A DNA stretch of 62,200 nt, the filler included. It is 4 parts of 4 records of this genome, joined end to end, with 100 filler letters (N's around TTAATTAATTAA, not from the genome) between each part and the next. Parts side by side here need not be neighbours in the genome. Positions count along the whole stretch, not along the records: positions 1 to 8,378 come from SRR20825019_3106; positions 8,479 to 28,714 come from SRR20825019_3109; 2 more parts are not named here. One strand, 5' to 3'. The notes below the pieces were generated by a model. That model saw only the letters and a program-made list of their open reading frames with translations. It did not search any database and was not told where the DNA came from. Of the stretch, positions 1 through 8,479 are shown in pieces; positions within the stretch are counted from its first letter, which is position 1; every line of letters begins with the position of its first letter. Made by a program: the position numbers and the translations under genes.

Positions 1-1
1 G

Positions 2-241
2 CCCTCGGCCAACGAAATCAGCCCCGAGGCTTTGGCCAAGGTCAGCGAGATCGAGAAAAAGGCCAAGCGTCTGAGCCTGATGGAACTGACCGAGCGGACG
101 TGCAAATGGCCGGTGGGTGATCCCGCGACGGATGACTTCTGGTTCTGCGGCCTACCCGTGCAGGCAGGCAAACCCTATTGCGAGGCGCATGTTGGCGTCG
201 CGTTCCAGCCGATGTCCTCGCGGCGCGACCGCCGCCGCTGA
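2..241 (+). CDS. gcrA: GcrA cell-cycle regulator, C-terminal part (5' truncated at window edge)
   Basis: Open frame from base 2 (PSANEISPEALAKV...), with the GcrA C-terminal signature LMELTERTCKWPVGDP...FWFCG...PYCEAH..VAFQP. Confidence 0.92.
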   Translation, partial: PSANEISPEALAKVSEIEKKAKRLSLMELTERTCKWPVGDPATDDFWFCGLPVQAGKPYCEAHVGVAFQPMSSRRDRRR

Positions 242-266
242 AGCACGCCAGAGCTGCAAGATACGG

Positions 267-300
267 AACGGTCCGACACTGTCGGGCCGTTTTGCGTTTG
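267..300 (+). terminator. Probable intrinsic terminator after gcrA
   Basis: Stem AACGGTCCGAC / GTCGGGCCGTT (one G-U), 3-nt loop, followed by TTTGCGTTTG. Confidence 0.6.
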
Positions 301-519
301 TGGTGCCGCGATGCGGTGGTCCATCGGACTTTCCAGAACGCGGCAGGCATTTGCCGCACTGCACGGAATCCGACCCTCCCCTTCTGGTTTTCCAGCTTGC
401 GACCTCACCCGCCAGGCAAAGTTGTCCGGGCTTTTGACGCAGGGTTATTTGCGCTGGTCTTTGGGGCGCGTTCCAGCTAGGGCCGCGCCACTGCAAAAGT
501 CCAAACAGGGGAAGTTTTC

Positions 520-813
520 ATGTCCGAGCGTCCAGCCATTCGTCATGTCGTTTTCTTCAGCGCGAAAGATCCGGCTGATGTCGCGCGCATCATCGAGGGG
601 TTGTCGCTGTTGGCAGATATCCCGCACAGCGATGTGTTCGAAGTGCGCCGCAACATCCGCGATGATGCGCTTTCGGGCGAAGCCGATGTGGTCGTCTACG
701 CCGAATTTGCAAGCGTCGAGGCGCTGACGGCCTACAAGGCCCATCCGCTGTACCAGGAATCGATCAACCGCGTGCGTCCCCTGCGCGATCTGAGAATCGC
801 AGCGGACTTCTGA
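520..813 (+). CDS. Dabb family (stress-responsive alpha/beta barrel) protein
   Basis: 97 aa; IRHVVFF...VVYAEFAS.EAL.AY..HP.Y...ADF pattern. Confidence 0.85.
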   Translation: MSERPAIRHVVFFSAKDPADVARIIEGLSLLADIPHSDVFEVRRNIRDDALSGEADVVVYAEFASVEALTAYKAHPLYQESINRVRPLRDLRIAADF

Positions 814-829
814 GTTGAACCGCTGAGCG

Positions 830-1942
830 ATGCCGCATCAGGTCATATTCGACGGTGGGCCGTGCCCAGGCGGCACGGCCTTTGTTGATCCTGTCCGTGT
901 TATCCGCGCCGACACGCCCGACGCAGTGCCCGCCGCCTTTGCCGCGATGGAGGCCGCCAAGGCACAGGGCTGTTGGCTGGCGGGCTATGCGAGTTACGAG
1001 CTGGGCTATGCGTTTTCGCACAAGCTTCATGACCTCATGCCACCGGATCGCACCACGCCGTTGCTTGAATTCGGTGTCTTTGATGGGCCAGCCCCGGCGC
1101 AGGTTGCGCTGTCTGAAATCGGCGCCTTTCTGAGCGACCCGCACCCGGTTTGGGATCTCACGACCTATTCAGACGCCTTTGATCGGATCAAAGCCTATAT
1201 CGCGGCGGGGGATATCTATCAGGCCAACCTGACCTTTCCCCTCAATGCGCGTTATACAGGCACGCCGCTGGAGCTTTATGCCACGCTGCGCAACAGGCAG
1301 CCCGTGCCGCATGGGGCCTTTGTCGATCTGGGCGGTCCGGTGCTTTTGTCACGCTCGCCCGAGCTTTTTTTTGCAATCGACCGTACAGGCGGGATCGAGG
1401 TGAAGCCGATGAAAGGCACCGTCGCGCGCGGGCAGACACCCGATGAGGACGCGGCGCAGGTCGAATGGCTGCGCGGGTCGGTGAAAAATCAGGCGGAAAA
1501 CCTGATGATCGTGGACCTGATGCGCAATGATATCAGCCGACTGTCCAAGGTTGGTAGCGTGCGGGTGCCTGAACTTTTCAAGGTCGAAACCTATGTGACC
1601 CTGCACCAGATGACATCGCGTATCGTCGCGCAATTGTTGCCGGATATCGGTCTGCACGACATTTTCGCGGCGCTGTTTCCCTGCGGATCGATCACCGGCG
1701 CCCCCAAGATCCGGGCAATGCAGATCCTTCGCGCACTGGAAGCGCAGCCACGCGGGGCGTATTGCGGAGCAATCGGCTGGATCGCGCCGCAGGGTGACAT
1801 GCAGTTCAACGTGGCGATACGCACCGTGCTGTGTCACGCTGACGGCACCGCTCAGCTGAATGTCGGGGGCGGGGTCGTGCATGACAGCACCGCCAATGAT
1901 GAATATACCGAGGCTCTGCTGAAATCACGCTTTGCGTTCTAG
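830..1942 (+). CDS. pabB: Aminodeoxychorismate synthase component I
   Basis: Chorismate-binding motifs GDIYQANLT, SPELFF, PMKGT, AENLMIVDLMRND, FPCGSITGAPK, FNVAIRT. Confidence 0.92.
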   Translation: MPHQVIFDGGPCPGGTAFVDPVRVIRADTPDAVPAAFAAMEAAKAQGCWLAGYASYELGYAFSHKLHDLMPPDRTTPLLEFGVFDGPAPAQVALSEIGAFLSDPHPVWDLTTYSDAFDRIKAYIAAGDIYQANLTFPLNARYTGTPLELYATLRNRQPVPHGAFVDLGGPVLLSRSPELFFAIDRTGGIEVKPMKGTVARGQTPDEDAAQVEWLRGSVKNQAENLMIVDLMRNDISRLSKVGSVRVPELFKVETYVTLHQMTSRIVAQLLPDIGLHDIFAALFPCGSITGAPKIRAMQILRALEAQPRGAYCGAIGWIAPQGDMQFNVAIRTVLCHADGTAQLNVGGGVVHDSTANDEYTEALLKSRFAF

Positions 1943-1964
1943 CGCTGAGCGGACCGGGGCCGCT

Positions 1965-2351
1965 TCAGCTTTTGGCCAGCTTGTCGATGATCGGGCAATC
2001 GGGCCTGTCGTCCCCGGCGCAGCAATTCACCAGATGGGCCAGCGTATCGCGCATCTGGTGCAGTTCAGACAGCTTGCGGTCGATCTCTTCCAGATGGTCC
2101 GTTGCCAGCTTGCGCACATCGCCGCTGGCGCGGCTGCGGTCTTCCCACAAGGCCAGCAAGGTGCGGCAGTCTTCGATGGAGAACCCCAGCGACCGCGCGC
2201 GCGACAAAAAGGCCAGCTTGTGCGCGTCCTGATCGGAAAAGGCACGGTAGCCGTTGGCGCTGCGGGCGGGGCGGATCAGGCCGATGTCTTCGTAATAGCG
2301 GATCGTTTTGGCGGGCAAGCCCGAGGCGGTGGCGACTTGGGAAATGTTCAT
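1965..2351 (-). CDS. cueR: Cu(I)-responsive MerR-family regulator CueR
   Basis: True start ATG at 2351 (MNISQVA...KTIRYYEDIGLI.P.RSANGYR); C-terminal metal loop CCAGDDRPDCPII; 128 aa. Confidence 0.93.
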   Translation of the reverse strand: MNISQVATASGLPAKTIRYYEDIGLIRPARSANGYRAFSDQDAHKLAFLSRARSLGFSIEDCRTLLALWEDRSRASGDVRKLATDHLEEIDRKLSELHQMRDTLAHLVNCCAGDDRPDCPIIDKLAKS

Positions 2352-2392
2352 GGGACGGTTCCTTGATGGCCCGGGGGCATTGCCTGACAGAT

Positions 2393-2416
2393 GGATTCCC
2401 AAGACTGGAAGGTCAA
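2393..2416 (-). promoter_or_regulatory. CueR operator overlapping the -35 box of the cueR promoter
   Basis: Minus strand reads TTGACCTTCC-AGTCTTG-GGAATCC: -35 TTGACC plus imperfect ACCTTCC-N7-GGAAGGT dyad, about 40 nt upstream of cueR. Confidence 0.75.
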
Positions 2417-2507
2417 GCCCGCCTCTCTGACACAAAGCTGGCGGTATGGTGAATTGCGCCCCTCGCCTGCCCAATGCACTGTTGCGCCAACAAGCGATGA
2501 GGATGTG

Positions 2508-4118
2508 ATGACCAAGACGATCAGGGCCGCCGATGCGGTGGCGCGCAGGCTGTATGACGCCGGGTGCCGGATGGCGTTCGGGATGCCGGGGGGTGAGGTT
2601 CTGACCATGGTGGACGCGCTTGAGGCGGCGGGGATCACCTTTGTGCTGTGCAAACACGAAAACGCGGCGGCCTTCATGGCCGAGGGCGCGTGGCACCGCA
2701 CCGGCGCGCCGGGGGTGCTGGTGGCCACGGTCGGTCCCGGCGTGCTGAACGGGGTCAACGCGGTGGCCAATGCGCGGCAGGACCGCGTGCCGCTGATCGT
2801 GCTGGCCGGTGCGGTCGATGCGGACGAGGCGCAGACCTATACCCATCAGGTGCTGGACCAACGGGCAGTCTTTGCCCCGATCACCAAGGCCACCTTTCTT
2901 CTGGATGCCGGTGCCGCCCATGTGATCGTGGACAAGGCCGTTGGCATCGCCACCGAGGGCCAACCCGGTCCGGTGTTCATCGACATCCCCATTCGTGTGG
3001 CCGAGGCGCAGGTGCCCGCCAGTGCGCCCACGCCCCGTGCGACGGCGGCTGAGGTGGTACCTGATGCTGCCGTCATGGATCAAATCGCAGGCTGGCTGTC
3101 GCAGGCGGCGCGGCCCATCATCGTCGCCGGTGTCGATGCGCTGAACGAAAACGCCGATGTGGCCGGACTTGCGCGGCGTTTTGGCGTGCCGGTGATTACC
3201 ACCTACAAGGCCAAGGGGATGCTGCCTGAAGATGATCCGCTGTCCCTTGGCGGTGCGGGCCTGTCACCGCTGGCGGACAAGACCTTGTTGCCGCTGGTGC
3301 AAAGCGCCGATCTGGTGCTGTGCCTGGGCTATGATCCCATCGAGATGCGTACCGGCTGGCGCGATGTCTGGGACAGTACGGCCCAGCGTGTGGTCGAGGT
3401 GACAGCGGTGCCGAACCACCACTACATGCATCAATCCACGGTCAACATTGTCGGATCCGTGCGCGCCACTGTGGCCGCCCTGATGCTGGCCGCGACACCG
3501 CGCGCAACATGGGCGGGTGGCGAAGTGGCCGCCGCGCAAGCCGCATTGGCTGCAGCCTTTCCCACAGATGAGGATTGGGGACCCGCCGCCATCGTCGCCA
3601 CATGCCTCACCGCCCTGCCCCGCGACACGCTGGCCACCGCAGACAGCGGCGCGCATCGCATCCTCCTCAGCCAGATGTGGCAGTGCTACGCGCCGCGTGG
3701 GCTGATGCAATCCTCGGCGCTGTGTACCATGGGCTGCGCCGTGCCGCTGGCGATGGGCGCGGCGCTGGCGTCGCCGGACCGCACGGTGGTCAGTTTCAGC
3801 GGGGATGCCGGTTTTCTGATGGTCGCGGGGGAACTGGCCACGGCCAAAGAACTGGGTCTGCGCTGTATTTTCGTCGTGTTTGTCGACGCATCGCTGGCGC
3901 TGATCGAATTGAAGCAACGGCAAAGACAGCTTGGCAACCACGGGGTCGACTTTGGCACCCACGACTTTGCCGCGATTGGCCGCGCCTTTGGCGGGGCGGG
4001 CGTGGATGTGCGCAGCCGTGCGGAACTGCAGTCAGCGCTGCAAGAAGCCCAAAGCGCCGACACCTTTACCGTGATCGCCGCCCATATCGAGAAAGGAGCC
4101 TACGATGGCCGCATCTAA
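2508..4118 (+). CDS. Thiamine diphosphate-dependent enzyme (acetolactate synthase-like family)
   Basis: Start ATG 2508 after GAGGA; FGMPGG, KHENAAAFMAEG, GPGVLN, C-terminal GDAGFLM TPP-binding motif. Confidence 0.88.
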   Translation: MTKTIRAADAVARRLYDAGCRMAFGMPGGEVLTMVDALEAAGITFVLCKHENAAAFMAEGAWHRTGAPGVLVATVGPGVLNGVNAVANARQDRVPLIVLAGAVDADEAQTYTHQVLDQRAVFAPITKATFLLDAGAAHVIVDKAVGIATEGQPGPVFIDIPIRVAEAQVPASAPTPRATAAEVVPDAAVMDQIAGWLSQAARPIIVAGVDALNENADVAGLARRFGVPVITTYKAKGMLPEDDPLSLGGAGLSPLADKTLLPLVQSADLVLCLGYDPIEMRTGWRDVWDSTAQRVVEVTAVPNHHYMHQSTVNIVGSVRATVAALMLAATPRATWAGGEVAAAQAALAAAFPTDEDWGPAAIVATCLTALPRDTLATADSGAHRILLSQMWQCYAPRGLMQSSALCTMGCAVPLAMGAALASPDRTVVSFSGDAGFLMVAGELATAKELGLRCIFVVFVDASLALIELKQRQRQLGNHGVDFGTHDFAAIGRAFGGAGVDVRSRAELQSALQEAQSADTFTVIAAHIEKGAYDGRI

Positions 4119-5307
4119 GGGCGCGCTTGACGGGCTGTTCGTGCTGGACCTCAGCCGCATTCTGGCCGGTCCCACGGCAACACAGATGCTGGGTGATCTG
4201 GGGGCCACGGTGATCAAGGTCGAGAACCCGAAAACCGGTGGCGATGACACCCGGGGATGGGGGCCGAACTATGCCCGCGATGAGGATGGCGCGCCCACGG
4301 ACCTGTCCGCCTATTTCATGGCCGCCAATCGCAACAAGCTGTCCGTCGCCGTCGATCTGTCCACCAAAGAAGGCCAGGACACCCTGCGCCAACTGGCGGC
4401 GCGGGCCGATGTGGTGGTCGAGAACTACAAACCTGACGGGCTGGTCAAATACGGGCTGGACCACGCCACGCTGCTGCAACGGCATCCCGAACTGGTCTAT
4501 TGCTCGATCAGCGGCTTTGGCCAGACCGGGCCGAACCGCGCCCAGCCGGGCTACGACCTGATGGCGCAGGGCTATGGCGGGATCATGTCGCTGACCGGCG
4601 CGCCCGACGGGGCGCCGATGAAGGTGGGCGTGGGCATCGCCGATGTCATGTGCGGCATGTATGCGACCATCGGGATATTGGCCGCCCTGCGCCACCGCGA
4701 CCGCACGGGCCAAGGCCAGCACATCGACCTGAGCCTTGTGGATGCGCAAATGGCCTGGCTCGTGAACGAGGGCACCAACTATCTGACCAGCGGTCAGGTG
4801 CCCGAACGGCGCGGCAATGCGCACCCCAACATCGTGCCCTATGACGCCTTTGAATGCAGCGACGGCCATGTGCTGCTGGCGGTGGGCAACGACCCGCAGT
4901 TTGCGCGGTTCTGCGATGCGGTGGGGCTGGCGGGCCTCAACAATGACCCGCGCTTTGACACCAACCAGCACCGGATCGAGAACCGCGCGGCGTTGATGGA
5001 ACGGCTGTCGCCCGCGATGAAGACGCTGAAACGCGCCGAGGTGATGCAGCGCCTGCATGCGGTCAAAGTCCCCGTGGGGCCGATCCACAACGTGGCCGAG
5101 GCACTGACGTCGGATCAGGCGCAGGCACGCGGGGCGGTGATCGAAGTGCCCTGCGACGGCGTGACGGACGGCCACGTGCGCCTGTTGGGCAATCCGCTGA
5201 AGCTGTCGGCGACGCCTGTGACCTATCGCCATGCACCGCCATCCTTCGGTCAGGACACCGATGCCGTGTTACAACTGCTGCGCCAGCCCCCGGCCAAGAC
5301 AGACTGA
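4105..5307 (+). CDS. Class III CoA-transferase (CaiB/BaiF family)
   Basis: LDLSRILAGP...LGDLGA.VIKVE, NRNK.S, ENYKP, GFGQTGP, PGYDLMAQG; overlaps the TPP gene stop. Confidence 0.93.
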   Translation: MAASKGALDGLFVLDLSRILAGPTATQMLGDLGATVIKVENPKTGGDDTRGWGPNYARDEDGAPTDLSAYFMAANRNKLSVAVDLSTKEGQDTLRQLAARADVVVENYKPDGLVKYGLDHATLLQRHPELVYCSISGFGQTGPNRAQPGYDLMAQGYGGIMSLTGAPDGAPMKVGVGIADVMCGMYATIGILAALRHRDRTGQGQHIDLSLVDAQMAWLVNEGTNYLTSGQVPERRGNAHPNIVPYDAFECSDGHVLLAVGNDPQFARFCDAVGLAGLNNDPRFDTNQHRIENRAALMERLSPAMKTLKRAEVMQRLHAVKVPVGPIHNVAEALTSDQAQARGAVIEVPCDGVTDGHVRLLGNPLKLSATPVTYRHAPPSFGQDTDAVLQLLRQPPAKTD

Positions 5308-5469
5308 CAGATCGGTTTTGCCCGGAAATATTGCAAAATCCCCGCCCGTCCTCACGAAAAAGGGTGCGCCCTGTCACACCTGCGTGTGAGGCCCCCGCAG
5401 CACCGCAAATCATGGGTAAGTTACAGGCAACGCACGGGTCCCACCGTGCCCTGAAGAAAGGTGCCCGTA

Positions 5470-6816
5470 ATGCGCAACGATATATGTGACAGCCCCGTTT
5501 CCCTGACGGACCCGCTTCTGGCAGACCATTGGAACGGGGTTATCACCGGTTTTCTCGCGCATGGCACCCAGACACCTGTGCATCTGGGCAAGGTGCTGGA
5601 AGGGGCGCCCGACTTTGCCATGGGACATGCCGCACGTGGGTTGTTTTCGCTGATGATGGGGCGTGCCGAACTGATCGCCGTGGCGCGTGACGCCCATGTC
5701 GCAGCGCTGGCGGCCCTGACCCGGGCGGGGGGTGCCCCCCGCGAGCGGTTGTGGGTGCAGGCCCTGGGCGAATGGCTGCAAGGGCGGCCCTCGGGGGCGG
5801 TGGCGGCAATGGAGGCTGCGCTGCGTTTGCAACCACGGGACACGATCTCGGCCAAGGTCGGCCACGCCATCCGTTTCATGCTGGGCGATGCTCGCGGTAT
5901 GCGTGCCTCGGTCGAGGCGGTGCTGGACGCGCACCGCATCCACCCGCTGCGCGGCTACCTGCTGGGCTGTCACGCCTTTGCGCTGGAGGAAACCGGCGAT
6001 TATGCCGCCGCCGCACGCACCGGATTGCGCGGGCTGGATCATGCGCCAGACGACGCCTGGGGGCTTCATGCGGTGGCGCATGTCTATGACATGACCGCGC
6101 GGCCCGATGCGGGCATTGCCCTGATCGAAGGCCACACCCGCGCGTGGGACCACTGCAACAACTTTCGCTATCATGTCTGGTGGCACAAGGCGCTTTTGCA
6201 CATGGACCGGGGCGAAATGGACGTGGCGCTGGCCCTCTATGACAGCCAGATTCGCGCCGAAAAGACAGATGACTACCGGGACATTGCCAATGCCACCTCG
6301 CTGTTGATGCGACTGGAGCTGGAAGGTGTGGACGTGCGCGACCGCTGGGACGAACTGGCGGCATTCTCGGACGCGCGGGTCGAGGACGGCTGTCTGGTTT
6401 TCGCCGACCTGCATTATATGCTGGCCCTGTCCGGCGCCCAAAAAGGCGAGGCCGCCGAAGCGATGTGCGCCCGCTTTGCCCGTGACGCGATCCGTCATGG
6501 TGAAATGCCTCAAAGGGTTGCCGATCCGGGGCTTGCTGCGATTGCCGGGCTGACCGCCTTTGCCGAAGGGCGCTGGGATCAGGCCTTTCAAAACCTGGCG
6601 GCGACGCGGGTGTCATTGCAGTCGATCGGTGGCAGCCATGCCCAGCGTGACGTGTTTGAACGCATGACGATAGATGCCGGATTGCGCGCCGGTCGGGTTG
6701 AGCGTACAGCCCAGATTCTGGCGCAGCGGACGGCCCAGCGGGGCGGTCACGAGGACCGGTTCGCCCAAACCCGTGGGGCGTCGATTTCCCGCGCACGGCG
6801 TATTGCCGCCCAATGA
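5470..6816 (+). CDS. TPR protein of the TTC38-like family
   Basis: AFALEETG, DAWGLHAVAHV, H.WWHKAL, DIANATSLL.RL, IGGSHAQRDVF motifs. Confidence 0.8.
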   Translation: MRNDICDSPVSLTDPLLADHWNGVITGFLAHGTQTPVHLGKVLEGAPDFAMGHAARGLFSLMMGRAELIAVARDAHVAALAALTRAGGAPRERLWVQALGEWLQGRPSGAVAAMEAALRLQPRDTISAKVGHAIRFMLGDARGMRASVEAVLDAHRIHPLRGYLLGCHAFALEETGDYAAAARTGLRGLDHAPDDAWGLHAVAHVYDMTARPDAGIALIEGHTRAWDHCNNFRYHVWWHKALLHMDRGEMDVALALYDSQIRAEKTDDYRDIANATSLLMRLELEGVDVRDRWDELAAFSDARVEDGCLVFADLHYMLALSGAQKGEAAEAMCARFARDAIRHGEMPQRVADPGLAAIAGLTAFAEGRWDQAFQNLAATRVSLQSIGGSHAQRDVFERMTIDAGLRAGRVERTAQILAQRTAQRGGHEDRFAQTRGASISRARRIAAQ

Positions 6817-6863
6817 GAAAAGTCAATGAAGACAACCGACACGATGCAGATTAAGAGGCGCGG

Positions 6864-8150
6864 ATGAGCCATTCCGAAACCGCATCCGCTGCCATGACCA
6901 AGACCCTTCAACGCCCCCCTGCCCCCGCCCAGGACGAAACCGCCCCCATGCGCGCCAAACCGGCAGCGCGGGTGCGAGATCTGCGCCTGGATTTCTTTCG
7001 TGGTCTTGCGATGTTCATCATCCTGATCGCCCACACACCCGGCAATTTTCTGGCCGGCTGGATTCCCGCGCGCCTGGGGTTTTCCGACGCGACCGAAATT
7101 TTCGTGTTCTGCTCGGGCATGGCCAGCGCCATCGCCTTTGGCGGCGGGTTTGACCGCGTCGGCTGGCGTCTGGGCAGCGCGCGCGTGCTGTTTCGTGTCT
7201 GGCAGGTCTATTGGGCGCACATCGGTTTGTTTTGCGCCACCGTCGCGCTGACCGTCTGGATGACCGATCTTCAGATCACTGGAGTCAACTATTGGGGGCA
7301 ACTCAACCTGTGGCCGGTCTTTGAAGAGAGTGAAAAATGGGCAAACCCCAATATTTTTCTCAGCTTTATGACTTTGCGCTATGTGCCCAATTACTTTGAT
7401 GTTTTGCCTATGTATATGGTCGTTTTGCTGTTCATGCCGATCATAATGCTGCTTGTGCGAGTGAACCTTTTCGCAGTTGCAGCGTTCGTGCTTTGCGTGT
7501 GGTTGATGGCACAGGAGACTTGGATGCATTCGGTGGGACTAGGAGCGTGGCATTTGGCCCTGCCTGCCGAGCCGTGGAGTGACCGTATCTGGTTTTTCAA
7601 CCCGTTCGGCTGGCAGCTGATCTTCTTCACCGGCTTCGCCTTCATGCGCGGCTGGCTGCCCAAGCCGCCCGTTTCGATGACGCTGGTGATCCTTGCGGCG
7701 CTGGTCGTATTGGGCAGCGTGGTGCTGTCGGACGTGAGCGTGCGCGAGTTTGATATGCCTTGGGTCAAGGCCTGGCGCGCCGAATACGCGCCGTGGTTCG
7801 ACAAGACCGCCTTTGCGCCGCTGCGTTATCTGCACTTCCTGTCGCTGGCCTATCTTGGTTGGGTCATCGCAGGCGACAAGGGCGGACGGCTTTTGGCACG
7901 TGGCACAAGCGTACTGGCGCGGGCCTGGGGCGGGTTGGTCACCATTATCCTGAAAGTTGGCCAGCAGTCGCTGGCGGTTTTCGTGGTCAGCATGTTCACC
8001 GCGCGGCTGATGGGCTTTGGCATCGACCTGACCGACCGCAGCGCGCTGCCCGTTCTGTTGATCAATCTTGCCGGATGCATGGCGCTGGTCGCCACCGCTT
8101 ACGGCGCTGGCTGGTTCAAGAGCCAGCCTTGGAAGAAGGCGATTGCATGA
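6864..8150 (+). CDS. opgC: OpgC family membrane protein (periplasmic glucan succinylation)
   Basis: RDLRLDFFRGLAM, GFSDATEIFVFCSG, FNPFGWQLIFF, GQQSLAVF; multiple TM helices; start could be a few codons downstream. Confidence 0.88.
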   Translation: MSHSETASAAMTKTLQRPPAPAQDETAPMRAKPAARVRDLRLDFFRGLAMFIILIAHTPGNFLAGWIPARLGFSDATEIFVFCSGMASAIAFGGGFDRVGWRLGSARVLFRVWQVYWAHIGLFCATVALTVWMTDLQITGVNYWGQLNLWPVFEESEKWANPNIFLSFMTLRYVPNYFDVLPMYMVVLLFMPIIMLLVRVNLFAVAAFVLCVWLMAQETWMHSVGLGAWHLALPAEPWSDRIWFFNPFGWQLIFFTGFAFMRGWLPKPPVSMTLVILAALVVLGSVVLSDVSVREFDMPWVKAWRAEYAPWFDKTAFAPLRYLHFLSLAYLGWVIAGDKGGRLLARGTSVLARAWGGLVTIILKVGQQSLAVFVVSMFTARLMGFGIDLTDRSALPVLLINLAGCMALVATAYGAGWFKSQPWKKAIA

Positions 8151-8378
8151 TGTTGCGACGCGAAGTTTTAGCCTCGATCGCGGCCTTTGCCGCAGCAACC
8201 CCCACCCTTGGTTGGGCGGATGAGCCCGGCTTGCAGGTCGGTGGGCCCGCGCGGTTCGACCCCCGCAGCCTGATCCAGCGTGCGCGCGCGCTGGCGGCCG
8301 AAGCCTATACCCCCCGCCCCCAGATCCCCAAAAGTTGGCGCGACCTGTCCTATGACCAGTATCGCAAGATCTGGTTCG
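8147..8378 (+). CDS. opgG: Periplasmic glucan biosynthesis protein G/D, N-terminus (truncated by contig end)
   Basis: ATGA overlap with opgC; Tat-like signal (LRREVL), then ARALAAEAY...LSYDQYRKIWF typical of MdoG/MdoD. Confidence 0.8.
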
Positions 8379-8478
8379 NNNNNNNNNNNNNNNNNNNNNN
8401 NNNNNNNNNNNNNNNNNNNNNNTTAATTAATTAANNNNNNNNNNNNNNNNNNNNNNNNNNNNNNNNNNNNNNNNNNNN
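8379..8478. other. Artificial contig spacer
   Basis: 44 N + TTAATTAATTAA (stops in all six frames) + 44 N; composition changes abruptly across it. Confidence 0.99.
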
Positions 8479-8479
8479 G

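Noticed and set aside
1965-3083. 372-aa minus-strand ORF as one protein
   Set aside because: Only the last 128 aa are CueR; the extension is antisense to the TPP enzyme gene and crosses the operator
3264-6835. Long antisense ORFs (3264-3962, 4066-5232, 5410-6591, 5876-6835)
   Set aside because: Shadow frames of GC-rich genes with no recognisable motifs
8423-8434. TTAATTAATTAA repeated three times in the window
   Set aside because: Synthetic six-frame stop linker inside N padding, not a biological repeat or CRISPR
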